Counted from the first letter of the whole stretch, positions 21,238 through 34,668 are shown. The stretch is 62,741 bases of DNA, filler included, from Stramenopiles sp. TOSAG23-2 (GCA_900128395.1; 8 parts of 8 records of this genome joined end to end with filler, not necessarily neighbours in it), one strand, 5' to 3'. Program-made: numbers and translations. The notes: generated from the sequence alone by a model not told the origin.

Positions 21238-22596
21238 ATGATAATATATTTGTATTTAAAGTCATTCTCTTTGATTTGTATTGAGGAGGAGCAAGAAGAG
21301 GAGGTAATTGTTGTAGAGAAAGAAACAATCACAACAACCTCTGCCACAACTACCATTCCAACAGATGTAGAAATTAAGATGTTACAGATGTTAAAAGATG
21401 AATGCATAGCTATCGGCGAGACAGAGCTAGGTGATTGCACTGCTTCGATGATGCGAAAGAAAATCGAAAAGAAGTTAGGAATTAGTTTAAAGGCTAAAAA
21501 ACAAATTATAAAAGACACTTTAATTGAAATAATTCATAATTTTCCAAAGCAAAATGAAGGTAAAGGTAGTAGTGACAATAATAATTATAATAGCAACAAC
21601 AACAACAACAACAATGGCAATAACAATGGCCATAGTAAGAAGAGACAAGCATCATCAGATGATAACAGTAGTCAAAATAGCGGGAAAAGGCGTAGAAGAT
21701 GGGTCAGTGATGATGAAGATGATAAAAGATGGGTCAGTGATGATGAAGATGACGATAATTACAATAACAATAACAACAATTATGATGCTGGGGTTGTGAA
21801 GCGTACAGGGTCATTTTTTACAAAGCCAAAGCCAGTATTAACAAAAAATAATAACAACAACCAAAACAGAAAATCCCACCAAAATAACAACAGTAGCAGC
21901 AGCAGTGATGACAGAAACAACAACACAACCGCCACCACTACCGCTACCACTACCACCACCACTACCACCTCTACCAGGACTGATTTCACAGATAAGTTTT
22001 TAGAAGATGCAACATTATTGAAACGTAAAGGAGATGCACATCTACGAGATGATAATGTAAATTATGCTGCTAAGGCATATTTGGAATCAGGTATTTTATA
22101 TATGAAACATTGCAATAAGTCAATGGTTAATGGAAATAAAAGCAACAAAAAATATTATAAAATATTGCGCCAAACTGCTAAGATTTTAATAACATCTGGA
22201 AAATTGTTTGAACAAAGATCATTATGGAATGAAACTGTTCTTGCATTTGAATCTTCTGCTGCATTATCTTTAATATGTTCCAAGGAAAATTTAAGCAAAA
22301 TGAATATGATACGTAACACAATATTGAATAAGAGTGAATTAAAAAAAGAACATCGAAAACTTGCATATGAATATATAAAGTATACAACAGATGTTCTAAA
22401 TTCACAACACTATTATAATAAAGCACAGAAAATATTGGAACAGCACAAGGTAGTCATTGTTGGTTATCAAAATGATACTAATAGCAATGATGCAACGGTA
22501 AAATCATATTTAAGTATGTTTGCAGATTATAATTTATCATATTATGTTGATCGAATTGAACATTATTATTCTGAATTTAGTAGTGCAGGTATTTGA
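21238..22596 (+). CDS. Nuclear protein with a DEK-C-like domain, an Asn/Thr-rich linker and an AF4/FMR2 C-terminal-like helical domain
   Basis: CTASMMRKKIEKKLGISLKAKKQIIK (DEK_C pattern); FLEDATLLKRKGD..AAKAYLESGILY (AF4 C-terminal-like); KRRRR NLS-like. The start is uncertain. Confidence 0.5.
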   Translation: MIIYLYLKSFSLICIEEEQEEEVIVVEKETITTTSATTTIPTDVEIKMLQMLKDECIAIGETELGDCTASMMRKKIEKKLGISLKAKKQIIKDTLIEIIHNFPKQNEGKGSSDNNNYNSNNNNNNNGNNNGHSKKRQASSDDNSSQNSGKRRRRWVSDDEDDKRWVSDDEDDDNYNNNNNNYDAGVVKRTGSFFTKPKPVLTKNNNNNQNRKSHQNNNSSSSSDDRNNNTTATTTATTTTTTTTSTRTDFTDKFLEDATLLKRKGDAHLRDDNVNYAAKAYLESGILYMKHCNKSMVNGNKSNKKYYKILRQTAKILITSGKLFEQRSLWNETVLAFESSAALSLICSKENLSKMNMIRNTILNKSELKKEHRKLAYEYIKYTTDVLNSQHYYNKAQKILEQHKVVIVGYQNDTNSNDATVKSYLSMFADYNLSYYVDRIEHYYSEFSSAGI

Positions 22597-23465
22597 TTAA
22601 TGCATGTGATGGTGAACATGTTTTTTATATACGAAGCGTAATAATATAACCTTGTAAAAATTTTGGATTGTTTGTTGGGACTGTAGAATATTTTTTGTTT
22701 TTGAATTCATTTTCTTTTGTGTCCAAATAAAAATTTAGATTTCATTATATAAAATAATTTATATTTTTATAGACAATTGTTTCTCTTCTAAGAATGTCTT
22801 GATACTTGTTTTGTCTTTGGATGGTCTTCTACATTTCAAAGAATAAATTAAAACCTTTTCATTAATAGGCAATTTTCTCTTTTCATATTCCAAATACAAT
22901 TGTTTGAATTTTTCTACATCCAATCTCCTTGGCACCTATTTGCAATATATTTGAATCAAAGTACTCGTAGTCGTCTACCAGTTAAAAAATATAAAAAGAA
23001 TATGACTACTCTCGTATAAAATAATACGAGTCGTATGTATCATACATTACCTTGAAGATATACTTAAAAATCGATTTGTTATGTGATGGAAAAAAGAAAA
23101 TATCCTTAAATAGGTTTGAGATTTTACTTGCCAGTAGAAAACTATAGAGACTATAAAAATAATTTATATTCCATCAATGGTCCTTAAATGAGGTGCCATT
23201 ACTTACTAGTATAATAGTTGCACTACTGCATCAGTTATACGTTTTACACACATGTATATTATAAAATATTAGACAGCTTATTCGTATCAAGAGGTTTAAT
23301 ATAGGACGTAACGAAGCTATACCCTACCACAGTTCGATGTATCCGCCATCGATTAAAATTACTTCGTTGCATTTCATTTTCGAGGCATTGTTACCCGGTA
23401 CAACATTTTTCTTTTTTATAAAATGGATTTAAATAAAAATATCATACTGAATATTAAAAGTTTAA

Positions 23466-26400
23466 TCACAGTCTACCTTTTACTGTAATTTTGTTGTCTT
23501 TAAGTAGTGCGACATGTTCAATTCTGGCTTCGTTTGTTACTTTCAGAGAAGACATGATGTCATTTTGAAAACCCTTGCCTATCATATCATCCATATTATA
23601 CGCCCCTGCATTAAAAGTGACATGCTTCCCTCTAAACTTATCATGTTGATACATAGTAACTTGGCATCCTGCAGGTACTTTCAAGGATGACATGATGTCG
23701 TTTTTAAAACCCTTGCCTATCATATCCTGCAATTCGTATTCACCCTTTGCAAATTCAACCTTTGTACCATCAAAAGAACTGTGTTGAAAGACAGAAACTT
23801 TTCCATTACATTTTGCTGATCCAACTTCTGCATTTACATCAGTTCCTATGCTGTCTTGCAAAATGGTTTTAGGATCAAAATTAAGACAGCATTTAATATT
23901 TTCACTCCCATCACATTTATTTGTAGATATGCTTTTACCATCGCACATTTCGAACCGTAAATCAATACAATCTCCATTTATACCTTTACAAGGTACAGCA
24001 CCATCAAGCGGCTCTTGACATTTTTGCCATGCATGCAGCAAGTTTTGGTTATTTTTGGCAGCACGGTCATTATTTAACTTAAATGATTTAGCAATTTTTG
24101 CTTGATAATATTTCATATCTTTGCCAAAACATTCAAACATTGTTTTTGCATTTGGGCAACTGGGTTCACATATCAGACTTGAGGGGTTGTTTTTTAGTGG
24201 AATAGTTCCAACTCCGAGGAGGTTTTTTTCTTCTGTTGTTAGATGGTAATATTCAAAGAATTCAAAAACATCCATAATATCTTTATTTTTGAATTTTTTA
24301 CCCATGATACCAACGATAGTCTCTTTGGCAAGTTTTGCATTTTCTGCCACTTCGAGTGTATCCTTTATTTTTCTGACAACCTTTATAGAAGTTTTCAGTG
24401 CATGTCTACTCTTCAAACTTAGACTGTTAATTTTTTTAATTAATCCGTTTGTGTCTCTTGTCAACACATCAATTTTTTGTTTCCATGCAGTTTGCGACAG
24501 CGGCGTTTGACCATGTTTAAGCTTGTGCTTTTTGTAATTGGTGTATGTTTTATGCTTAGCTTTTTGTCGATTCTTCATTATTGTGCTATATTTCTTGGTC
24601 CACTTATCTCTTGTCAAAGCAGGTTTCCCTTCCTTTGCCTTTCTTGCACAATATTTGCTGTATTTTTTTGTTAGTATTGAGACATGATGCTGCTTTGTGT
24701 TTCTAGGTTTAATGCTGTGTTTCTCCATTAATGACTCTTGATCATCCATTTGTTTCTTCAATTTTCCAGCTACTTTTTTACGTATCTCTTTCGCTCTTTT
24801 TAACACTTCTTTTGATGTAAAAAAAGATTCTACAATTAACCCAACTTGAGTACCCCATTGGTATGATACAACTTTTCTACAACTTTTACAATCGGCGTAA
24901 TCACTAAAAAACTTGCACCCATCTGTCTCACATGTACCACTATCGATTTTTTCTTGTGCTATATTTTTCAATTGTTGAGTTACTTTAAATGTTGGTACAT
25001 TTTGTATTAAATTTACAACACCCATGACAATTTTTACCACTGCTTTCACCCAACCCGCTCCAGGAACAAGCAGTAAGCCGGCATTAACTGCCACAGCTTT
25101 TAGGTATATAGGTAGCATTTCCATCAAATCAGTTACAAACATACAAAGACCAGCCACAGCATCTGAATGTATTTTTAATTTTAAAATGAATCTAAATGTT
25201 AGTGTATATTTTTGTAAATTAGAAATCAGCAAATTATTTACTCACCAACATTTGCAGCTGTCATCTTCTTCCAAACTTCTTTATTATCTTTTGATGATCT
25301 CGAAATAAATTCTTCCTCGTTTGCCCCCAAATTTAACCAATTACTGACGTATCGTTGAATTAAATCCCTAGCCCATGGTCCAACTGCGGTCCCAAGAATT
25401 CCACCACATGATTCTGGCTTTTCTTCATGAACTTCCATCCAATAATCATATTCCATCTGAGCAAATATTTCCGAATTTTTTTTGGTTGCAGGCAAATCAT
25501 ACATTTCTATTGCTTTTTGGGAGTTAAAAAGTGTACCAATAGTAGCTTGGCAATCACAATGCAATAACGCCATTATAGACCCAATTGAGTTATGTAATAC
25601 GTAACCCATTGTGCCTTTCGCATACCCTTCGGTAGCCTTATAAGCTGCTAGACGATTTGTTGGGTTGTTAACTTCGCACAGCTTTTGCGCTCCTAAAATT
25701 TTCTTTAACAATTCCTCTCCAAGAACTTTGATATTTTCACCAAAGCTCTTAACGATGTTCGAAATTCCCATTCCAAAAGCTTTAATTTTGGCTTTCAGCC
25801 AATCCCATCCCTTTTTCAGTATTTCAAAACCTTTCTCCAAGATTCTTTTACCTGCTAATAACGCCTTCTCGCCAAATTCAATTACATCTTCGGCAACGTC
25901 CTTTACAATTTTTACTCCATCGTTAACAACATCTACTACAATATCTTTTACTTCTTCAGCTTTTTCAGCAACCCATTCCACTCCATCTTCTACTTTCTTT
26001 ACAGCCACCTTTACAACTGATTCCGCTGCGTCGTATACCTTTGATACACCTGTTTCTAGAGTATCCCAAGCATCTGCCCCAACGTCGCGGACCGCGGAAA
26101 ACGCAGTTGAAACCTTCGAACCCACGTCTGAAAAGAAGTCACCGACACTACCCCACTTGACCATTTGACGTGACTTTGAAATTTGCACTAATGCCATGGC
26201 ACCAGCTTCCTCAATATTTTCTACAGCCTCGTCTTTATTTTCCATTAAATACTCCATATCTGTAGTCATCTTATTTTTGGCTCTTCTTAGCGCCTCTGAA
26301 TTCTCAAATGCCGTATTAGCCATTGTCGAACATTGTTTCGATGGATCATCATTCCAAGCACGCCATGCTCTTCTATCAAAAACACCGTCAGCTAAACCGA

Positions 26401-26473
26401 ATGCAAATGATCCAACACTATCCGAGATAGTACCTTTGTCGCCTGACATAACCTTGCCCAAATGCTTTTTTAA
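23466..26473 (-). CDS. Large 5'-truncated two-exon protein: amphipathic helical repeats, Lys-rich segment, Cys-rich module and C-terminal beta/gamma-crystallin domain
   Basis: ORFs 25238-26461 and 23466-25232 join through an intron at 25163-25245. Crystallin motifs VFQHSSFDG..NDIMSSLKV and MYQHDKFRG..NDIMSSLKV. Confidence 0.75.
25163..25245 (-). other. 83-bp spliceosomal intron (phase 1)
   Basis: Donor G|GTGAGT, branch ACTAAC, acceptor TTCAG|AT; splicing restores the frame (ANV-D-AVAGLC). Confidence 0.85.
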
Positions 26474-26573
26474 NNNNNNNNNNNNNNNNNNNNNNNNNNN
26501 NNNNNNNNNNNNNNNNNTTAATTAATTAANNNNNNNNNNNNNNNNNNNNNNNNNNNNNNNNNNNNNNNNNNNN
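26474..26573. other. Artificial contig spacer (44 N + TTAATTAATTAA + 44 N); the same linker lies at 52940, 54583, 56225, 57867, 59507 and 61147
   Basis: Identical 12-mer with stop codons in all six frames, embedded in N runs. Confidence 0.97.
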
Positions 26574-28546
26574 TAAAGCCATACAACTGCATCCTTCAGA
26601 GCATTAAAAAAATTCAAGATATTGTCAATTGTTTTGTAAAATGTAGATGTATTACCTATTTTCTCATCTTTTTTTTCATTCAAGTTGTCTTCTGCATTTC
26701 GTTCGCAGCTTAATGGTCGTGGTGGACAAGTTGTAACTTCACTCCATTCACTGGTGCCAAAGCTACTCCATGATCTTATTCGAAATTCAATTATACCGCC
26801 TTTCTCCTCACCGACGTATTTAGTAGATGAAAAGCTACGATCGTTATGACTACTTATTACAAAGTCATTCCATATATTTATACGACTTAAACGCTCTTGC
26901 AATTGATAAGAGTGGGGTTTTAACATTTTATTATTATCACTATTACTGTAATCATCATTCAGAGTCCAAAACACTTCAAACCTGTCACAATGTGACTTAC
27001 AGTAATGCATTTTAACTATGTTTGGTATTTTGTGTAAACCAAGTAATCGTGCTTTCAATGATCTTCGAAATTGCAAAATATGCAATTCATTTGTTATTTC
27101 CAATACATTTTTTAAAAAATGTTTCTTTGTCAACAATGTTGGCAAAATATCGCCTGTGATGGAATTAGAACGAAAATTATCTTCATATTGCTTTAATTGC
27201 AATCCATACTTCACCCAATCAGCTATTTCATCAATGGTTTGCAAACCATCCATTTTTTCCCAAAATGCTTCGAGTTCAGCGTGTGAGATCACGCCATCGC
27301 CACCTAAATCCATCGTATCAAATGCATTATCAACACTGTTGCTGATTTCCTTATCCTCATCGAAATTTTCAGATTTACCTAGACTTTCACGAATGAATTC
27401 ATTTAATTCTTCTCGTCTAATTTCTAAATCATTGCTACCTTCCGTCGTCCATTCAATTTTGTTCATAAAATTTGTCACGCGTTTTTGATCTGATGCTTTT
27501 TTTTTCTCAATAATTTCTTTACATTTTAATGGTATAGGTGGACAGTTGATATGTTTGGTCCATTTACTTGCACCAAATAAATTCCATGATTGCATTTTGT
27601 AACGATATATCATACCGGGAACATTCGCATTTTCATCGAAAAATGGTAATTTTTTACATGTTTGATCCTTATCCACAAATGTTTTATGGTTTAATCTTTT
27701 TTTCATTTTGCTTTTCATACCTTTCGGTGCATTTTCAATCATCAAACGTTTTATTCGATACAAATGGACAGGAATTTGTTCTTGTGATGTTGCTTCTGCG
27801 TCTTGCATGATGGATTCAACTACTGCTAAAGATCCTTCTTCATTGTCGTCATCCTCATCGTGATTTGCTTCTACATCCCAATCAATCTCTATACCATTGC
27901 AATTTGGCAATAGATAACAATACATATTATTGATCGGTGGTGGTATTTTGCCAATACCTAGTAAACGCGTAGTAATGCTGCGTAAAATAATTTTCCGATG
28001 CAATTTATTTTTGATTCCTAAATCTGTGTTTAAAACATCTCCTTTCCCTTCCAATAAAGACGGTAAATCATACCCGGTAATAGCATTATTACGGAAGTTA
28101 TCTTCATATTGGGGTAGCAGCACGGAATATTTTATCCAATCCGCAACATCATCGACGGTTTTTAAATCATTTAATTTATCCCAAGAACTTGTCAGTTCCG
28201 TCAAACTAATAGTGCCATCACCACCAACATCTACATTCTCAAACGCTTGGTTCACACCAACTGTTACTTCACTATCGTCATCAAAATGTTCACTACCAAG
28301 TTCATTTTTTAAATAATCTTCTAGTTCACCACGACTCATTTCATGATTATCTACCCCTTCAGTTTCCTTTTCGAAACCACTCAAAAATTTTGTTGCTCGC
28401 TTATTTTCCCCTGTCGGTTTCTTAAGCGACGCATCATCACCTGTATCTTTTATATTTGCAAATGCATATGTTATAACTAATAACAATACAGTTATTATTT
28501 TAATTGACAAAAAGTAGCTATTATTGTTTTGGAAATTTATCCTCAT
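26574..28546 (-). CDS. Secretory-pathway protein with two tandem EF-hand/SAM/FN3 modules (STIM EF-SAM-like); 3' end truncated by the contig end
   Basis: Hydrophobic leader IKIITVLLLVITYAFA; EF-hands DVGGDGTISLTE and DLGGDGVISHAE; SAM TVDDVADWIKYSVLLPQYEDNFRNNAITGYDL; FN3 ends YRYKMQSWNLFGASKW and EFRIRSWSSFGTSEWS. Confidence 0.8.
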
Positions 28547-28850
28547 AATATATATATATATATATACAATCAATTGATGAACCTCGTTTACACTGATGTA
28601 TTGTATCAAGATTATATACAAAAAATTATAGGCAAAGGGATGGGGGGAACGGTGGGTTCATATACTTAGTACTATTATCTATACATCTGTATTTATTTTG
28701 ATATGTCTTGTATCCACTTTGCTAGTTAGAGATCATAAAATATATATATTTATCTATTCGTATATTCGATCAACCGTGACAACCAGGACAACAACAACAA
28801 GAACAACACTTCTTCACCACTTCTAGAAGAAAATGACAAGATGAGAAGCA

Positions 28851-28976
28851 AAAAATATTTATAAGTATGAATGTTGTATACTATAATATTCCAATTTGAC
28901 CAAAAATCATATTGATAGGAATATTAGTATACGAAAGTCATACTTATAATATTTTTAAAAAAGTAGGACACCTTTT
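28851..28976. mobile_element. Hairpin/MITE-like element, copy 1
   Basis: Imperfect palindrome TATAAGTATGA..GTATACTA..TTCC..TTGACC..ATTGATAGGAAT..TAGTATAC..TCATACTTATA; homologous to 55144-55274. Confidence 0.6.
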
Positions 28977-29246
28977 GATTTTTTATCCTTGCGTAAGATG
29001 TTATAAAATGTACACATCTCATCGTGCCATTTTTTATTGAATTTTATTGAATTTATATATATATATAATTATTGATATCATCGACCACTACTGTGTATAT
29101 TACAATCATAGAGAGATAGAATAAAACTATTAACAAACGTACATATATATATATATATATATACGCAGAGAGAGATAAATTTTATTAAACCACGGACATA
29201 AATACCGATATACTTGTACAGATATATTCATAGTAACGTCAAACAG

Positions 29247-30100
29247 ATAAATTATCACTAGAGAAACAACTATCAACTTATGAAAACAATTTAAAAACTA
29301 TTTTATCACGTATTGAAAGTGAAAATACAACTAGAAAGAATCTTTTAAACGAAATTGCTGAATTACATGAAAAAGGTGTGAATATGCAAAGAGATAAAAC
29401 ACAATATGAGGAAGAATTGAATAATTTACAGAAACAAAATAAACAAATGTATTTACAAATTATAAACGAAAGAGAAAATTTTGAAGTCTTAAAACGTAAT
29501 GCGGAAATATCGAAAAAATTATTGAATAATGAAAGATCTATTGCGACGAAACATTTAAAGAATTTATCAAAATTAAAACATTTACAAGAACAAATTGTAC
29601 AAGATACAGCTAGTAGCCCACCAGATCAAGAAAATGACCATATCGTAAATCATTCACATGTTACACCTCGTGACGATTACATGAAAATGGATATTAATGA
29701 TAATCATAATACTTTTAACAATGGTAATAATGATAATAATGATCTTGATATTGGAAAAGAAAATCATACATATGATGATATTATTGATGACGATATTGTA
29801 TTGCAAGTAATACCATCTAATACACCACATCGAAAAAGAAACAAACGTGATCATCAAAGTGTTAAAACGACCAAACGTCCTACTGTTTCAATTGTCAAAA
29901 GCAAATTGGGAAACAATAATCGTAGAAATAAAAAATCTAGATTGACATTTGGAAGAAAAGTTGACCATCGTCATAATAATAATAATACTAATAATCATAA
30001 AGCACAGAAAAATATTAAAACCAACAGACAACATGTTAAAAAGAAGAAAACAAAAAAAAGACGTAAAGTAAACTTTTTAGGACTTTTTGAAGAGTTATAA
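29247..30100 (+). CDS. Coiled-coil hypothetical protein with a basic C-terminus (5' part not identified)
   Basis: The frame is open from ~29237; a candidate acceptor AAACAG ends at 29246; heptad-rich N-terminal half. Confidence 0.5.
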
Positions 30101-30391
30101 AACGAGGATACGGCCGTATTGGTAGTATGAAAGTGTATACTACTTCGTACCATTTTAACACATCTAGAATAGATCGTTTACATTACGGTAAATATTTAAT
30201 AAAATGTGTAAGGGAGAGAGAGTGAAAAATTTTATAAAATTTTTTAGAGAAGGGTGTATAAAAAAGCTTTTTATGATTAGGTACAACTTCGTATCTCTAA
30301 ACAAATGGACTCATATGATATATTCTCTCTCATTACGTAAAGAATGACGAACGTAATTTAGATTAGTTCGTGGCACGAGTACAGATTAATC

Positions 30392-33300
30392 TCACCGTGT
30401 GCCATATTTCTTTTTCACTAACTTCATTTTACGTCTTAAAATTTCACTTTCCATTAATTCTGGTGCTTCTAGCTGTATCTTGTACAATTTGTTCTTGTAA
30501 ATGTTTTTATTTCTTTTTCACTAACTTCATTTTACGTCTTAAAATTTCACTTTCCATTAATTCTGGTGCTTCTAGCTTCTTCTTTTTTTTCTTCAAACTA
30601 CCCGAACCATCGAGTTTAGGCAATTTGCCACTATTTTTCTTCCTACTTGATGATGTCGCTGGATTTAAAATATTAAAATTACTTTTTGCTTTGAGTTGAA
30701 TCGCACGTTTAGCTAATAATCTATGTTCATTATCATCCAGCACTGCAACAGAAAGTGCTTTAGCTTGATACGGTTTTAACATTGTTTTTATTTCAGCATT
30801 ATTTTTTTTTACTAAATCAATTGCTAGTTTGGCTTTATGATTTGGAGTTGCTAGTAGGTGATAAAAATCCGACATATCTGTATATTTCAAAAATTGTCTA
30901 ACTGTACGTCTATATCCAGCACGAACAGCAATATGCAAAGCGGTATCACCATGTGCGTCTTTGATACACATAGTTGCCCCATGATCAAGTAACATTGCGA
31001 TCATATCTGGTCTATCAACAGATGCAGCTATATGTAACAATGCTGTTTTATTTATTTTGTTGTCTATTAGATCTGGATTTGCACGCATTTGTAATAAATA
31101 TTGTAATATATTGATTTTTCCAAATAAAACCGCATTTCCTGGCATCGTTTCCCCCGTTTCAGGGCATTTATCATTGATTGTAAATTGCTTTTTTTCTTGA
31201 TAAAGTTGCCGTTCCATTTCACCTTGTAACAATTCGCGGAATATAGTTGGTGTGATGTCTAATCGTATTGCTTTCCATGGTGATGAAATATCTCGTGCTT
31301 TTTTTATTATAGCATTGTTACGTTTAATAGTTGCTTCTTTTAGTTTTTCTTTCAACTTATTTTTTTCCTCTACTGACATTTTAATTTTATTTTCTTGTTC
31401 AATTACTTTTTTTTCCTTTCCAATAACCCATTTGTCTTGACACATAAGTACAAATGCTTCATGTTTTGCTTTTTTTTCAGCTCGTATTTTTGTTAACAAT
31501 ATGTACGATCTTTGTTTTGCCTCTTCTTTTTTTTCCTTTCCAATAACCCATTTGTCTTGACACATAAGTACAAATGCTTCATGTTTTGCTTTTTTTTCAG
31601 CTCGTATTTTTGTTAACAATATGTACGATCTTTGTTTTGCCTCTTCTTGCCTCATTCTTAATAATTCCACTTGGCTAATACGCTTATCCATCAACTCCCC
31701 AGAAACTTGCATAAATGAATTCGTTACATATACAGCTTGATATACTTTTTTAATAACTTGTCTCAATGTCTTTGCAAATACTGCATAGTTTCCTTGAAAT
31801 TTTCTACGTTTTCTTAATTTTGTCAATGCATATTTAGTTTCACCCATTGATTGGAAGCTTAGGACTGCGTGTTTTGCTTTATCAACTTCTGTACGCACAC
31901 CTAATAATGATTCATCCGTATCATCTAATCCAGGGGTTTGTAATTTATATATGTCTAAATTTATTAAATCACGAGGACTGCGTGTTTTGCTTTATCAACT
32001 TCTGTACGCACACCTAATAATGATTCATCCGTATCATCTAATCCAGGGGTTTGTAATTTATATATGTCTAAATTTATTAAATCACGTAAACGATTACGAA
32101 TAATGCGAAACATGTCCATTTCCTCGTTAATAACAATTGGAATTGCATTTTCTACTTGATCCGTAAACATTGTTATTACATTTTTTACTTCATCTACTTC
32201 CTCATCATTGACGTTATTTCCTGTATTTTTTTCTAAATTTCTATATTTAACTTTGATATCTTCGAGTAAAAATTTCAAATCAAATATCATAGAACGAGCT
32301 CTTACGCTTTTTCTGGTGTATCGATGGCGATACATTTCAGAAAAGTCACGTACAGCGCTTTGGAATGCATTGTACATTTCATTTTCTTCTAAGTTTTCCT
32401 CTGGGTTGAAAATTAATGGCATTGTAATTGGGAATTTTCTTACAAGAAATTTGTCGTTATGCCTATTGCAACGAGATTGAAATGCACGAAATGCTGCTTG
32501 TATTTTTATAGCAGCAGAAAATTGTTTATTGCTTCCTCCTGGGGTATAATTATCAGGCATTTCATATTTTACTTCGCCAACAATCGGTTTATAATAATAC
32601 ACTTTCTTCTTGAATGGATCATATGCTTTAATCCAACGATTCATATCCGTGCGCATTTCCATCGGGCGCTTCCATATTACAGCATTAGTTTCAGTATTGT
32701 GAAAGTATTTTCGACGTACTTGTGGATCAAATGCTTCGACCCAGACTTGTTTCGGTGCTATTTGCAATTTTTTCCCTCGTTTCCTTCGTATTTTTCGTTT
32801 TGCAATAAATATACGTACCATACGCTGAATCTTTTGAGCACTTTGACTACGTACATATGGTGCAGGTGGTGCCCAAAGTCTTTCCTCAACTCTATAGTCT
32901 AAACCAAAATCAAATGGTTGTTTCCACTTAATTTTACTACTGAAATTGTTGTAATAAAAAAAATTATGTGTATCTACATCGTATAATCTTTCCCATTGCG
33001 ACCAGTCTGATAAATATGTTGTTTTTTTCTTTTCAATAATTTGATCTTCATTTGCACCAGTTGGTTGTTTGGTCTTTTTTTTTGCATTTTCTCTCATTTG
33101 ATTAACAATCTCTGGGATTTCAGATGCATCTTGTCCATCCTCATTCATTACACCAAGACACTGCATTGTTACCGTTCCTGAGATACTTTTATCTTTCCCT
33201 ATTTTATCGTCCTCTGGCCTTAAATTATATATTTTCGGTGTTCGAGTTAATAAAAATTCTAATAATTCTAATCCTTGTAATTTCAATTGCCCGAGAAAAT

Positions 33301-33994
33301 CATGATCTCCAACTTTATCATAATCGTAGACTATTGTTTTTATTTCTCCACTACCCAAATTTGCAATGTTACCATCAGCAATAGGTATTTCAAAGTTTGT
33401 TTCCCAAATTGGGTTTAGATTCTTTTTTATAATTTCCGTTTTACCATGCATAGTATCATTGAAATATAATGCTGCATATGCATCGCTTTTTCCAAACATA
33501 TCTGCTTTCTTCAAGTCTTTTGCACGTATTAACCGTATTATAACCATATTTTTTTTATCTTTCATTGTTAAATAGGATTCTTCATCTTTTGTATATGAAA
33601 TAAATTTTATAGTTATACTCCCTTTACCTTTACTATTATTTTTTTCCAACAAATCAAAGGTTTTATTTGTATCAGTTGGTAACTTCAGAAAATCTAATAT
33701 AGCATCATTTTTCATTTCATACTTTCCTAAAAAATCGTCTGATCCAATCAAATCCTTATCAAATATTTCGAAGCGTATATTTGCATTCTCTATTTTTGTG
33801 TCACCATCTTCGCTCTCTTTCAGTGTTATTTCAAATTCCGCATTCCATTCTGGATCTAATGTTTTTTTTATTACTTCTGTTTTACCTACTGCATCATCGT
33901 TTGAAAGCACTTTACAAAAAGGATCAGACTTACCAAATGTATCTGCCTTTTTTAAACCTGCCGCGGAAACCACAAGCAATTTCAATCGTCCCAT
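30392..33994 (-). CDS. Multidomain protein: 2x C2, WW domains, IQ motifs, coiled coil, ankyrin repeats (split by duplications)
   Basis: C2 GLKKADTFGKSDPF and DLKKADMFGKSDAY; WW-like W..YYN..KWKQP; IQ motifs KIQRMVR and KIQAAFR; ankyrin GDTALHIAV. A 113-bp duplication (31861-31973/31974-32086) causes the frameshift, and a 120-bp in-frame duplication lies at ~31407-31647. The native stop is probably at 30392-30394 (..KKKYGTR*). Confidence 0.85.
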
Positions 33995-34668
33995 GTCGGT
34001 ATTCTATTTCTTTAGATATGTTTCCTTTGTCTATATTGTATTGAAAAGTACAAAGGTTTGATCGGGTATTTGAGATATCTGTGTTATGTGTATATTTATA
34101 TTAAATTGTGTGTGTGTGTTTGTGTAAATTATTTTTATTATTATTTTTTCTAACGGTTTGCAAACCACCACCAGCAAACAACAACTATAATACTATCCCT
34201 ATTATTTCTATCAAATCCAGTGGTATAAAATAACAAAATAACACTATTGACTGATGACTATTGAAATAGTATATAATACTAAATAATACTAATTACTAAT
34301 AGTATACCACTTAAACAAAATAAAAAGGCTGTTGTCAATCCAGGCAATCCTATCACGACCAATTTTATTCTTATACTAAGGCCATATTTTTATAGTTATT
34401 AGAATACATTATAATATATGAATACTAATACCACACCACACAACTCAACATCTACATAATAGTATCATTCAACCACTCAAACACATCAAAATGAATAAAA
34501 GTATAGAACAAATATATCAAATTGAATCGCATGTAAGGAAATGTATTTGGGATTTTCAACATTTTTATATTATATACATCATTGCTGTGCATATTCATCC
34601 ATATAGCAATATAATAAAATAAGCACTTTATTGTGTTAATCTATATATATACGTATCATAGTATTAAT

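Noticed and set aside
26518..26529. TTAATTAATTAA palindrome recurring seven times
   Set aside because: Always centred in 44+44 Ns, so it is an artificial six-frame-stop linker.
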